DNA of 64,000 bases from a virus. Positions 47,858 through 56,552 of the stretch are shown piece by piece. The stretch lies in the IMG/VR virus record IMGVR_UViG_3300021961_000038, positions 49,407 through 113,406 of that record; one strand, given 5' to 3'. The position numbers were made by a program, and so were the translations under genes. Below the pieces are notes generated by a model. That model was not told the origin of the DNA, did no database searches, and saw only the letters and a list, made by a program, of their open reading frames with translations. Positions within the stretch are counted from its first letter, which is position 1. Every line of letters starts with the position of its first letter.

Positions 47858-49314
47858 TATACCTCCTCAAATAAGTTCGCATATTGCGTACTTGCATTTA
47901 CAGTTTTTTTACCCGTTGCTCCTCTAGTGCCAATAATTGACATCCAGAATCTCGAAAATTCTTCTATAATTGCGTTTGCTTCATCTCTGTTTGATGTTGC
48001 AAATATTGCCTCCACAACATCTCTAAAAAATAACCTGTCAAATGATTCTTCCACAAGCATTGCCGGATAGATTCCTTTATCATATTGTCTGTTTGCTTCT
48101 TGTACTGCATTAATGTGACTCCATACATTATGACCCATTTGGATCGCATATGAAAAACTATCCCAAGATGTTTTTCCTTCTTTACCTATTTTATTTAGGT
48201 CGCCTGGTGCGTATATACAAATATCTTTTGCTTGTAAATTTGCTGTAATAGGACTATCTAAGAAACTTTTATGTTTGCCTTCACGTATAAAAGCAGTACC
48301 AAAATGTGTTGTGTCAGTTGCTAGTGCTTTGTCATCAATACCAGGAACCATTCTGTAAACCCACTTGCTTCTGTCTTGTGTTTCAAGTTCACAATATATT
48401 TGACCATTTGCTGTTGCTAGGAACGGTGAAGCACAGTCAAATGTAATCATAAAATTAGAGTTGTGATACTTGCGTACTGCTCTTTGTACATCAGTTAGCA
48501 AGGTTGCCCATTCTAGTTTACTTGTACCCAAGAAGTGCATTACATCATGCTTACCCTTTTCAAGTAAGCCATCAAAACGTAGTGCTACCAATCTCTTAAG
48601 AACAAGATGCACATCACACATATTCTGACCACCCATTGACCACCCATTAAAGTGTGTGTCTGGATATACTTTAGGATCACAGTAGTCTTTCATCTGCTGA
48701 TACCAATCTTCTGCATCAGCGTGATTTTCACCTTGTAGTACGTTTAGAAACTTACAAGCACCTGTTCTGTGTTTCATAAAATAGTCATTGTTAATGCGTG
48801 TAGCATTAACGGCATCTTGATAGTTGTCAATTCCAGTTGCTTTTGCACCTTCAGGTGAACGTGCCACCCACGCTGGAATATCAAGTATCATACCATAGTC
48901 CATATAAGCGTCCATCCACGCAAGAACTTGTTCACGTTTCTTTTGTGCTTTAGGACAATTAGGATCCTTCCAATCACCTTCCCAAACACCCTTACCAATC
49001 TGGAAACCACCTGAGTCGCCAAGTAACCAACTGTTTTCTCGATCACGTTCACGAATCATAAGTTCTTTAGGTGCGTCTTTATTAATATCTAACTCAGCAT
49101 GACCTGCCGAATATAGTGTCCAATGATATTGAAAGATACCTTTTTGACGGTTGAGCCAATTGAGACCTTCCATGTCGTTATTAGGAAAAGGAATACGACT
49201 TTTATCTACATATTCTTCTCTGCGTTGTTTACCAATAAATGTAGCATAAAAGCCACTCAACGCTGGAAGAAATGTTGCGTAATCTTTTTGTTCTGCTGTT
49301 AGGTCAGTCCTCAA
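47857..49314 (-). CDS. dpdA: TGT-family guanine transglycosylase, DpdA(2)-like (probably DNA-acting)
   Basis: GDSGGFQ, MILDIP, VLQG, MGG, HFLG, TFDCASP and HN motifs; lacks the CxCxxC zinc site of tRNA TGT; adjacent to clamp and polB. Confidence 0.8.
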   Translation of the reverse strand: MRTDLTAEQKDYATFLPALSGFYATFIGKQRREEYVDKSRIPFPNNDMEGLNWLNRQKGIFQYHWTLYSAGHAELDINKDAPKELMIRERDRENSWLLGDSGGFQIGKGVWEGDWKDPNCPKAQKKREQVLAWMDAYMDYGMILDIPAWVARSPEGAKATGIDNYQDAVNATRINNDYFMKHRTGACKFLNVLQGENHADAEDWYQQMKDYCDPKVYPDTHFNGWSMGGQNMCDVHLVLKRLVALRFDGLLEKGKHDVMHFLGTSKLEWATLLTDVQRAVRKYHNSNFMITFDCASPFLATANGQIYCELETQDRSKWVYRMVPGIDDKALATDTTHFGTAFIREGKHKSFLDSPITANLQAKDICIYAPGDLNKIGKEGKTSWDSFSYAIQMGHNVWSHINAVQEANRQYDKGIYPAMLVEESFDRLFFRDVVEAIFATSNRDEANAIIEEFSRFWMSIIGTRGATGKKTVNASTQYANLFEEV

Positions 49315-49328
49315 CTCACGTTCTCCTG

Positions 49329-50060
49329 TTACTTACTTTGTGCTGGTAAGATATATTCGTATTGTGCTAAACCACTGTCAACTGCGATTTGCATTGCACC
49401 TTGATCTGAAATACGCATTGTCTTATCACCATCTAAGTTTAAAATAGCCATAACCTGTGCTACCGGCCATGCCCATTCATTCTTAAGTTTACCTGGAACT
49501 CCAGTAGCGAAAACAAATTCACCTGCGTGTGTACTTGCATCACCGAATTTAAACTTAACATCATTACCGTCAGCAATTACAGTAAACACAGTTTCTTCTG
49601 CGTTAGCAGTTGCTTGTAATTTAAATCTTTGAATACTTGCAACAGTCGGCGATACTTCAACGTCCCATTGAGCACCTTTAAACTTAACTGTTTTAAGTTT
49701 TTCATTAATAATGTCAGCGTTCATAAAACGATAATCATTTTTAAAGTCACCTGCTTTGTTTTCAAAGTGAATACCTACAGGAACTTCAGCACCATTGCGT
49801 TGTGCTTTAACAACATCAATAGTTGCACCGTCTTTGTATTCTGGACACTTTAAATGGATATCTAGTTTATTTAGATTAGGCATACCAAAGGTACCCTTCA
49901 TCTCCATTTGTGCTGTTTTAGTATTTGCTTGTAGAATAACAGATCGATCCTCTGCCATGCTATCAATACCTGTTTGTGCATCATCACCGTTTACTTTAAC
50001 AATGTTTAAAAAGCCAAGTGCGTGTGTATGTGCTACAATGTCTTGTAATATGTCTTTCAT
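49329..50060 (-). CDS. DNA polymerase sliding clamp (gp45/PCNA-like)
   Basis: 243 aa immediately downstream of polB; clamp-like pattern ending MRISDQGAMQIAVDSGLAQYEYILPA. Confidence 0.7.
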   Translation of the reverse strand: MKDILQDIVAHTHALGFLNIVKVNGDDAQTGIDSMAEDRSVILQANTKTAQMEMKGTFGMPNLNKLDIHLKCPEYKDGATIDVVKAQRNGAEVPVGIHFENKAGDFKNDYRFMNADIINEKLKTVKFKGAQWDVEVSPTVASIQRFKLQATANAEETVFTVIADGNDVKFKFGDASTHAGEFVFATGVPGKLKNEWAWPVAQVMAILNLDGDKTMRISDQGAMQIAVDSGLAQYEYILPAQSK

Positions 50061-50098
50061 AGTTTTCTCCGTTCCTTATTACTATTATATTTAGAAAA

Positions 50099-52768
50099 TC
50101 ATTCAAAGTCAAATAAATTATTGAATGTATTCTTCTGTTCGGTTGATTTTATATCCCAATCTAGTACTCCAATCAAGTTATCAATCTTGTTATCGATAAT
50201 AACACTTTCCATTTCGTCGTCTGCAAATGGAAGTTCTTGGAACCACTTTGGAATTCTCATTTCATCCACAGGATACGCAACCGAAGTATATCCCATAGGA
50301 TTCTGTTTTAGTTTGCAAACGATAACCTTCATACCGTCAACAATTTGCATACTATAATTGTCACTGTTCATTTCACGCAAAGTATTCCAATTAATACTTG
50401 CTCTTACGTGACCTGGCATATTAACCTTACCTTGCTTTTTAAGTTTGGCAAGATAATCTGTAATGTTGTTTGCACGTTTGGGCGAACCTTTTTCCCAACC
50501 AGGTCGTGCTTTAAATTTTGTTCGGAACTCGCTGATCATATCAAGCACCTGTTCTTCTTGGGCACCTGTTAGCACAGCCAACAACACTTCACTTAGGAAG
50601 TCCTGCATAAACACAGGAGTATCTGATCTCTTAAGATCAAGACCCATTGCTTTTACTTTGCCCGGCTTGCCTTCTTGATCAGTTCTAAATCCTTCAAGAT
50701 CATAAATCAATACAGCATAGCGTTTCTTTGTAATAAACAAACCTTTTGAACCTACTATTTCTCTACCAGCGGCAATAACATCAGTGCTTCTTGATTTTGG
50801 ACAATGAAATGCATCTGACATAAACTGCGGGAAACTTTCATTTGCTTCGTCGCAAATTTGATCATACAATGCTGTTACAGTTTCTTTTGTCCAAGGAATT
50901 TCTCCTTTTTCTATTTCAGGACGTAGGCTTGTGTAAGCACTAAAGTAACAAGAGTCTGTATCACCATATATAATTGCTTTACCTGTGTGATCATATTCAC
51001 CTGTGATAATTTCATTAACTTTACTTGCCATATGTTTTGTAATACGTCTACCTGTTAGAGTTGTACTTTGACCAATTCGTGGATCAAAGAATCTACAACC
51101 AGGATTAAGAATTGCACCATACAAACTATTTAGGTTAATCTTTTTAACAAGTTGTCTTTTATCCCAGAACGCTTCTTCAATTTTGTTGCCGGCATCTTGT
51201 GCTTGTTTCTTTTTAGCCTGCATTTCTTTACGTTCACTGTACCAACGTTCTAGTAGTCCTGGAATAACACCTTCGTGTTCTGTTGTAAGAATAGTACCGT
51301 TAGCAGTTAGCATCCATGGTTGGTTGCTATCAAAAACAAGTCTGTAAACTTCTGCGGCACTCATGGTATCTTCTTCACCATTTTCCCAATCAATTGTTAT
51401 TGCAAGATCTTTGCGTTTATCCATTACCGCATCATATTCTAGCGAACCAAATTTTCCTTCCCACGCCGCCGCAAATGATTTCTTTCTAAGAGTCATTTCG
51501 TTATCAACGTGTTCTTGTGTATAGTTTGGTCTAAGTTGTCCTACGACAGTTGCTGGATCCATGTTCAATGCACGAATAACAGATGGATACAGTGAATTTA
51601 AGTCCATTGATCCAATCCAGTCATGCAATCCTTTTTTAGGATATGCAACATAGGCACCCGCGGCAGGTTCTGAACCTGGTTCTCTGTGTACCCTATTAGG
51701 AACAACAAAGCCACGTCTGTGTGCTTCATTAATGATTGCTTGTTCTGTAACTGCCACAGCACCCATTGTGGTGGGTAGCAAAACTGTGTTTGCGTGGGCA
51801 AGTTCGTTGGCTAAATCAATGAACCTTAGTTTTTTGTCCAACTTGTCCAGTAGTGCAACGTCTTGTCTGTTGTACTCGATGAACGTTCTGAAGTCATTGT
51901 CATAAAGTTGATCGAGCGTACCTTCGTACACAGTTTTTGTTTCGCCAACTTCCATTTCGCCAATAGCGTCAAGTCGATATGTGTGTCTTTCTTCATATGT
52001 GTATTTACGATAAAGTTCAAGACTATCTAAATGCTGTCTGCCTATTAGGTCATAGGTTTCTTGTGTTCTACCAAACTTTTCATATTCACGTTTTTTAGGA
52101 TACTGATCCCACAAGCAGAAACGTCTTGTATCTTCTTTAGAAAGAACTTTTGTAATTCTGTTTACGGTATATGGAATATCGTAACCCTCACTGTTCCAGC
52201 CTGAGATAATATCTGCATCTTTAATTAAGTCCAGAAACGTGTCGAGCATTTCGGCTTCAGTTTGAAAAAGATGCGTATTATCAAATTCTTTGACTTGTTC
52301 TTTCGCTTCATCCATTGTTAGTGTTTTAGGAGGAAGTGCAAGGGTTACTAAACTATCCATCCATTGCAGATGTACTGTTATTGCTGTAATGGGCATGAAA
52401 GCATCTTCCGGAGACGCATAACCACGCAATGGATCAAAGTCTACCTCAATATCGAAAAATGCTTTTTGTAAATTAGGTGCATCCTGACCAAGATAGTTTT
52501 CTTCTAGCAAACGATAGATAGGATTAATGTCTGCTTCGTATAAGCCACGATGTTTATTAATTTTTTGTTCTTTTAGAAAGTCTTTCCACGATTTACAAGT
52601 AACACGTGAACAAGCATCACCTAGTGTGCTTTTAAATTTTCCTCGGGGGTCTTTATAATAAAAAACATAACGAGTTGGAAACTCTCGAAATTCACGTCTA
52701 CCGTTTACACGTTCAACGACTTTGATAATATCTTTGTCTCTGTCCCACAGAGCATCTACGTAACTCAT
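50099..52768 (-). CDS. polB: family B DNA polymerase (gp43-like)
   Basis: ExoI FDIEVD, ExoII WNSEGYDIPY, ExoIII YNRQDV; DLNSLYPS, KINLNSLYG, YGDTDS. Confidence 0.97.
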   Translation of the reverse strand: MSYVDALWDRDKDIIKVVERVNGRREFREFPTRYVFYYKDPRGKFKSTLGDACSRVTCKSWKDFLKEQKINKHRGLYEADINPIYRLLEENYLGQDAPNLQKAFFDIEVDFDPLRGYASPEDAFMPITAITVHLQWMDSLVTLALPPKTLTMDEAKEQVKEFDNTHLFQTEAEMLDTFLDLIKDADIISGWNSEGYDIPYTVNRITKVLSKEDTRRFCLWDQYPKKREYEKFGRTQETYDLIGRQHLDSLELYRKYTYEERHTYRLDAIGEMEVGETKTVYEGTLDQLYDNDFRTFIEYNRQDVALLDKLDKKLRFIDLANELAHANTVLLPTTMGAVAVTEQAIINEAHRRGFVVPNRVHREPGSEPAAGAYVAYPKKGLHDWIGSMDLNSLYPSVIRALNMDPATVVGQLRPNYTQEHVDNEMTLRKKSFAAAWEGKFGSLEYDAVMDKRKDLAITIDWENGEEDTMSAAEVYRLVFDSNQPWMLTANGTILTTEHEGVIPGLLERWYSERKEMQAKKKQAQDAGNKIEEAFWDKRQLVKKINLNSLYGAILNPGCRFFDPRIGQSTTLTGRRITKHMASKVNEIITGEYDHTGKAIIYGDTDSCYFSAYTSLRPEIEKGEIPWTKETVTALYDQICDEANESFPQFMSDAFHCPKSRSTDVIAAGREIVGSKGLFITKKRYAVLIYDLEGFRTDQEGKPGKVKAMGLDLKRSDTPVFMQDFLSEVLLAVLTGAQEEQVLDMISEFRTKFKARPGWEKGSPKRANNITDYLAKLKKQGKVNMPGHVRASINWNTLREMNSDNYSMQIVDGMKVIVCKLKQNPMGYTSVAYPVDEMRIPKWFQELPFADDEMESVIIDNKIDNLIGVLDWDIKSTEQKNTFNNLFDFE

Positions 52769-52780
52769 TTTTTCTCCTGT

Positions 52781-52827
52781 TTGTCACTTTCGGCTGACAA
52801 TACCCAATTAAGTCGTTTTTGGCCGAC
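52781..52827 (-). promoter_or_regulatory. tandem hairpins in the polB leader (putative translational operator)
   Basis: GTCG-GCCAAAAA-CGAC and TTGTCA-GCCGAAAG-TGACAA, just 5' of the AGGAG Shine-Dalgarno. Confidence 0.6.
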
Positions 52828-52845
52828 AACACCCTACTAATAATA

Positions 52846-52874
52846 ATTGTATGCTCTTTACTATTAAAAAGCAA
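52846..52874 (-). promoter_or_regulatory. sigma70-type polB promoter
   Basis: TTGCTT-17nt-TACAAT; a matching gtgTTGCTT-17nt-TATAGT occurs near 63024-63052. Confidence 0.55.
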
Positions 52875-52890
52875 CACCTTTTTTCACCAA

Positions 52891-53217
52891 TTAACCTTTA
52901 TAGAGCCTAAAGTATTCATCTGCATTTATAGCCTTGTCATCAATCCAAATATCATAATGAGGTTTTTTAAAGTTTACACTGGTATACTTAACTCCCCACT
53001 CTGTTAATTGCCTTAAAGTTAACTCTTTTTTTGCCTCTAAATTTCCGTTACTCATGCCTCTTGCTGTCCAATAATGTATTTCGTGTCCTTCTTCGTATAA
53101 TTTATTTAAGTAATCTATACGATCCTCAAAAGGTTTTGCGGATTCATATTCGTTTTTTCCTTCGGGTGTAATATTTAGATTACAAATTGTACCGTCAATG
53201 TCAACATAATATCTCAT
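52891..53217 (-). CDS. small HAD-superfamily phosphatase
   Basis: YVDIDGTIC, WTARG, KP..D.WIDDKA. Confidence 0.85.
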   Translation of the reverse strand: MRYYVDIDGTICNLNITPEGKNEYESAKPFEDRIDYLNKLYEEGHEIHYWTARGMSNGNLEAKKELTLRQLTEWGVKYTSVNFKKPHYDIWIDDKAINADEYFRLYKG

Positions 53218-53417
53218 GGTAGTTTCCATTCCATTTCTTCCTCGAGTGCATATCTGGCACCCTCAATATAGTCTTTATCTTCTTCAGATAAAACACTCCA
53301 AAATTTTGTTACATTTGATATTTGATTTTCTACTACTTCAGGATCTGTTAAATGAAGATTGCCCTCCATCATTTTTTGTAAAACATCCATTCGTAGTTTA
53401 ATTTTTTCTTTTAACAT
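53214..53417 (-). CDS. hypothetical protein
   Basis: MLKEKIK...; TAATG and ATGA coupling on both sides. Confidence 0.6.
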   Translation of the reverse strand: MLKEKIKLRMDVLQKMMEGNLHLTDPEVVENQISNVTKFWSVLSEEDKDYIEGARYALEEEMEWKLP

Positions 53418-53707
53418 TACCACCACCCCATGGCTCTACCAAACCCAAAGATGTGCAAGAATCCAAAGTATGTTGTCATTACCAAAGGCCAACCAGCACC
53501 TCTTCTTACAAATGCAATCACACTAAACACAGCACCTGTAAAACTTACAGGATATATTAAGTGCATTGGAGGATGATCAGCAGTTACAGATATCCAAGTC
53601 ATACTAACAAATACACAAGCACTGGCAATAGTTTCATAATAGAATGCTGTTCTATCGCTGGTATAACTTCTAATCCAAAACTGTTTTACTTTTTCCCAAA
53701 GATTCAT
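53417..53707 (-). CDS. small 3-TM membrane protein (paralog B)
   Basis: Three hydrophobic segments; FWIRSYTSDRTAF...RRGAGW...GWW. Confidence 0.7.
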   Translation of the reverse strand: MNLWEKVKQFWIRSYTSDRTAFYYETIASACVFVSMTWISVTADHPPMHLIYPVSFTGAVFSVIAFVRRGAGWPLVMTTYFGFLHIFGFGRAMGWW

Positions 53708-53708
53708 A

Positions 53709-53990
53709 TTACCACCACCCTGAGGCTACGCCAAAACCAAATATGTTTACAATACTAAAATAACCAGTTAGCATCATCACCCAAGCCGCACCACGTCTAA
53801 ATGATGCATAGCATTGTGTGATAGATCCTACAAAAAATCCTGGATATACATATAGCATATTTGGATCTTTGGCGTTAAAAGCCAATGTTAAACTTGCTCC
53901 AACTGTGAAGATGAAACTTACAAGTTCAAAACCAAAAGCGACTTTATCTGAATTATAACTATTAATCCAAAAAGATTTAATCGCTTTCAA
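53709..53990 (-). CDS. small 3-TM membrane protein (paralog A)
   Basis: FWINSYNSDKVAF...RRGAAW...GWW. Confidence 0.7.
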   Translation of the reverse strand: MKAIKSFWINSYNSDKVAFGFELVSFIFTVGASLTLAFNAKDPNMLYVYPGFFVGSITQCYASFRRGAAWVMMLTGYFSIVNIFGFGVASGWW

Positions 53991-53992
53991 AA

Positions 53993-54253
53993 TTATTTGT
54001 CCTTACCAACAGTAACAACAATAGTTTCAAGGTCGTCAAAGTCGTTATAAACTTCTTGCCAGTTACCTTTATGTGCAACACCAATTGCTTTGTTAATTAA
54101 CGCTGGCTTGACATCCATTTCTTCCGCAATGGCTTTTACAGTGTCTCTAAGACCTTCTTTAAGATCTGCTACTTCCTGCATTACATTAGCACCTTCATTA
54201 ATTACTTGAATTAGTTTTGCTTTTTCTTCAGGACCGAATACTTTTCCGGACAT
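53993..54253 (-). CDS. T4 DsbA/GapR-like dsDNA-binding protein
   Basis: 86-aa helical protein (KLIQVINEG...LKEGLRDTVKAIAEEMDVKPALINK); strong Shine-Dalgarno and its own promoter. Confidence 0.6.
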   Translation of the reverse strand: MSGKVFGPEEKAKLIQVINEGANVMQEVADLKEGLRDTVKAIAEEMDVKPALINKAIGVAHKGNWQEVYNDFDDLETIVVTVGKDK

Positions 54254-54284
54254 ATTTTTACTCCTTAAGTTTGTATGTTTTTAT

Positions 54285-54313
54285 AGTATATAGTGATTTA
54301 TCTTAGTTGTCAA
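54285..54313 (-). promoter_or_regulatory. sigma70-type promoter
   Basis: TTGACA-17nt-TATACT. Confidence 0.75.
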
Positions 54314-54869
54314 GTTTTTTAAATGGAATTGAAACAGATTTATCCAAACAAGTAAACCAAACATTATTTGGACCGTTATCGAAATTACTTGGTAACAGTT
54401 CATTTACGGCTTTGTTTACACCTGGAAAATCAATATCATGCCCGCATAACCATCCATTTGATTTTAATTTTGATTTAAAATTTTTAATATCGGTTGCAAC
54501 ACTATTATAATCATGACTTGCGTCTATAAAAACAAAATCTAAATCGTTAGGAACTAGACCGTGTACGTTAAAACTATTTCCTTGTATTGGAATTAATCTT
54601 TCACCGTATTTTTCTTTAATGCTTTCATTATAGAATAGTTTAATATCATAATCAATAGCATACATTGTTAGATCGGGAAATGCATCTAATAACCAATAAG
54701 TTGTTCGTCCACAGTGTGTTCCTACTTCACAACCTATTTTAGGATTAAAGTTTTTAAGTAAATCAACTAGAAAATGTGTTCTTTTATTTGGACCGTTATA
54801 TTCTATGGTCCATTTTACTGGAAGTCTATTCTTCTTTACCAACTTTAGGTTTGCTCTCTTTAAGTTCAT
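54303..54869 (-). CDS. class I SAM-dependent methyltransferase (Methyltransf_24-like)
   Basis: CEVGTHCGRTT, FVFIDASHDY, GWLCGHDI..PGV..AV; start uncertain. Confidence 0.8.
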   Translation of the reverse strand: MNLKRANLKLVKKNRLPVKWTIEYNGPNKRTHFLVDLLKNFNPKIGCEVGTHCGRTTYWLLDAFPDLTMYAIDYDIKLFYNESIKEKYGERLIPIQGNSFNVHGLVPNDLDFVFIDASHDYNSVATDIKNFKSKLKSNGWLCGHDIDFPGVNKAVNELLPSNFDNGPNNVWFTCLDKSVSIPFKKLDN

Positions 54870-55527
54870 ATTGCCAAGTTGTGCCGTCGCCGTGATTAGC
54901 AGACCATTTAGGATTGTCTTCAACACTAAACTCATGTGTACTTACCTTAAAGTTTGCTGTTTTAGTCTCTGAACTGACTAAACTTTGATCGAACCATTTG
55001 CATCTATTATTAGGTTGTGCGGCAAATTGTCCGTTGTCTAATCTAATAACGTTGAATGCTTTATGTTCGTTTGGTGTTTCAGAAAGACTTACATTTAATT
55101 CGTTAGGTTCTGAATGGCAACTGTCAATGGTAAACATATATTCACCATGATGTAATTGTTTGTCCTTACCAAAGTATGCTACACGACATTCTTTAAGTGT
55201 TTCTTTTCTTATAACTGTAATATGATAGGAAAAAGCGTCCCATATTTCTAAATTATCTAACGGAAGAAGTTCTTTACGATCGACATTAGTTCGCCACACA
55301 TAAGCACTTAAAGGTAACTTGTCATATAATGCACCATATTCAGTTAGCAGTGATTCAATATATAATGCTTTTCCTCTGATGCTTTTAACCGAAACCCATA
55401 TGCAATGAGCATATTCGCCTTCACCTAATAATTTTCCTGGAAATTCTGGATCAGGAGTTAAATCATACAAGTATTCTTTTCTAACAAAGCACTCAACGGG
55501 TGGTATGTTTGCTACCAAGTAGGCCAT
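54826..55527 (-). CDS. conserved hypothetical protein
   Basis: 233-aa ORF (MAYLVANIPP...FAAQPNNR) with a GAGAGG Shine-Dalgarno. Confidence 0.7.
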   Translation of the reverse strand: MAYLVANIPPVECFVRKEYLYDLTPDPEFPGKLLGEGEYAHCIWVSVKSIRGKALYIESLLTEYGALYDKLPLSAYVWRTNVDRKELLPLDNLEIWDAFSYHITVIRKETLKECRVAYFGKDKQLHHGEYMFTIDSCHSEPNELNVSLSETPNEHKAFNVIRLDNGQFAAQPNNRCKWFDQSLVSSETKTANFKVSTHEFSVEDNPKWSANHGDGTTWQYELKESKPKVGKEE

Positions 55528-55582
55528 AGGGTTCCTCTCTTTCGTTAAAAAAGAGGTTACTGAGCAACCCCTTCAGTAGTAT

Positions 55583-56347
55583 TTAGTTTTTTACGTGTAG
55601 GAAGGCTCGCTTATCAACCAGTTCTGGATCTCTTGATTTGACTTTTCCTTTAGCATGACCTAACCAGTGAGAAAGTAAACTTCCTGAAAACACATGACTA
55701 GTTCCTAGATGACTGCTTAAACTTTTAAAATATTCATCGGGCATTGTGTTTTTTACCTTCCACCAAGCACTGGTATCAAAATAAGGCTTTACTTTGTATA
55801 TATCTCCCGAATAGTACACTTCAACAAACTGTTCCATAAAGTTATGAAATTCCGGATGGTTTCTATTATATGATATAAATCCAGTTTCAGGACCTGTATC
55901 AAAGTGCTGTCCCATATAGTGTGCTAAACAGTTAGGAGTTATTTTGTAAACAAACAAATCATTAATGAAATTACCTACCCATACATCAGCATCTAGCCAA
56001 ACTAAGGTATCTCTTTCTAATATTTTAGATGCTTCGTGTTGAGCACCAACTTTAATGCTGAGTCTAGCACATTTAGTCTTGTGGCAATTTAATGTAAACT
56101 TATTATAAAATTCATTTTTGTTTAGATCGTGCTGTATTATTCTCGGATCATCAACAGGAATGCCATCCTCTGTCCATACATGAAGTGATTTATTTTTAGG
56201 AAAATAATGTAAAAATGTTTTTATAAGTCGGTAACCACAGTGTTCGTAGTAGTCTCGACTCATAGATGTAATAACATCGTATGGTGTAGTACTGGTCCTT
56301 CTTTGTTCCAGTGAATTACTTCTTTTTTCTTCCTTGACAGTGGGCAC
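55583..56347 (-). CDS. GT-A-fold nucleotide-diphospho-sugar transferase-like protein
   Basis: LVWLDADVW (DxD), ETGFISYN, C-terminal HAKG; start uncertain. Confidence 0.7.
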   Translation of the reverse strand: MPTVKEEKRSNSLEQRRTSTTPYDVITSMSRDYYEHCGYRLIKTFLHYFPKNKSLHVWTEDGIPVDDPRIIQHDLNKNEFYNKFTLNCHKTKCARLSIKVGAQHEASKILERDTLVWLDADVWVGNFINDLFVYKITPNCLAHYMGQHFDTGPETGFISYNRNHPEFHNFMEQFVEVYYSGDIYKVKPYFDTSAWWKVKNTMPDEYFKSLSSHLGTSHVFSGSLLSHWLGHAKGKVKSRDPELVDKRAFLHVKN

Positions 56348-56552
56348 GTTGTGAAAATCCTTTTGGGTTATTACAGTTAATAGACTTTTTGTATTTCTCG
56401 CTCCACTTTTCTTCTACTTTTTTCTTTTTGTGCAGTTTAGCATGAGGTACTTTTAAGTTCTTTTTTCCGTACACATCACCTATTTTGTGTGTGTAAGATA
56501 AATGAGCAGGATCTAAACCGTAGAAATAGTCTACAAATTCTTTTGCTCTCAT
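56316..56552 (-). CDS. small probable capsid-internal protein
   Basis: MRAKEF start; C-terminal EEKWSEKYKKSINCNNPKGFSQRAHCQGRKKK module. Confidence 0.55.
   Translation of the reverse strand: MRAKEFVDYFYGLDPAHLSYTHKIGDVYGKKNLKVPHAKLHKKKKVEEKWSEKYKKSINCNNPKGFSQRAHCQGRKKK

Noticed and set aside
47857-49314. Calling the TGT a tRNA-guanine transglycosylase for queuosine
   Set aside because: No CxCxxC zinc site, no queC/queF/queA in the window, and the replication-gene context favours a DNA-acting DpdA. Not formally excluded.
50099-52768. Intein or intron in polB or other core genes
   Set aside because: The ORF is continuous, of normal length, with all motifs in order and no intein splice or LAGLIDADG motifs seen.
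55551-55586. Resemblance of AGAGGTTACTGAGCAACCCCT to a preQ1-I riboswitch, tempting given the que genes
   Set aside because: It is on the strand opposite the downstream gene, lacks the A-rich 3' tail, and is not upstream of a que gene.
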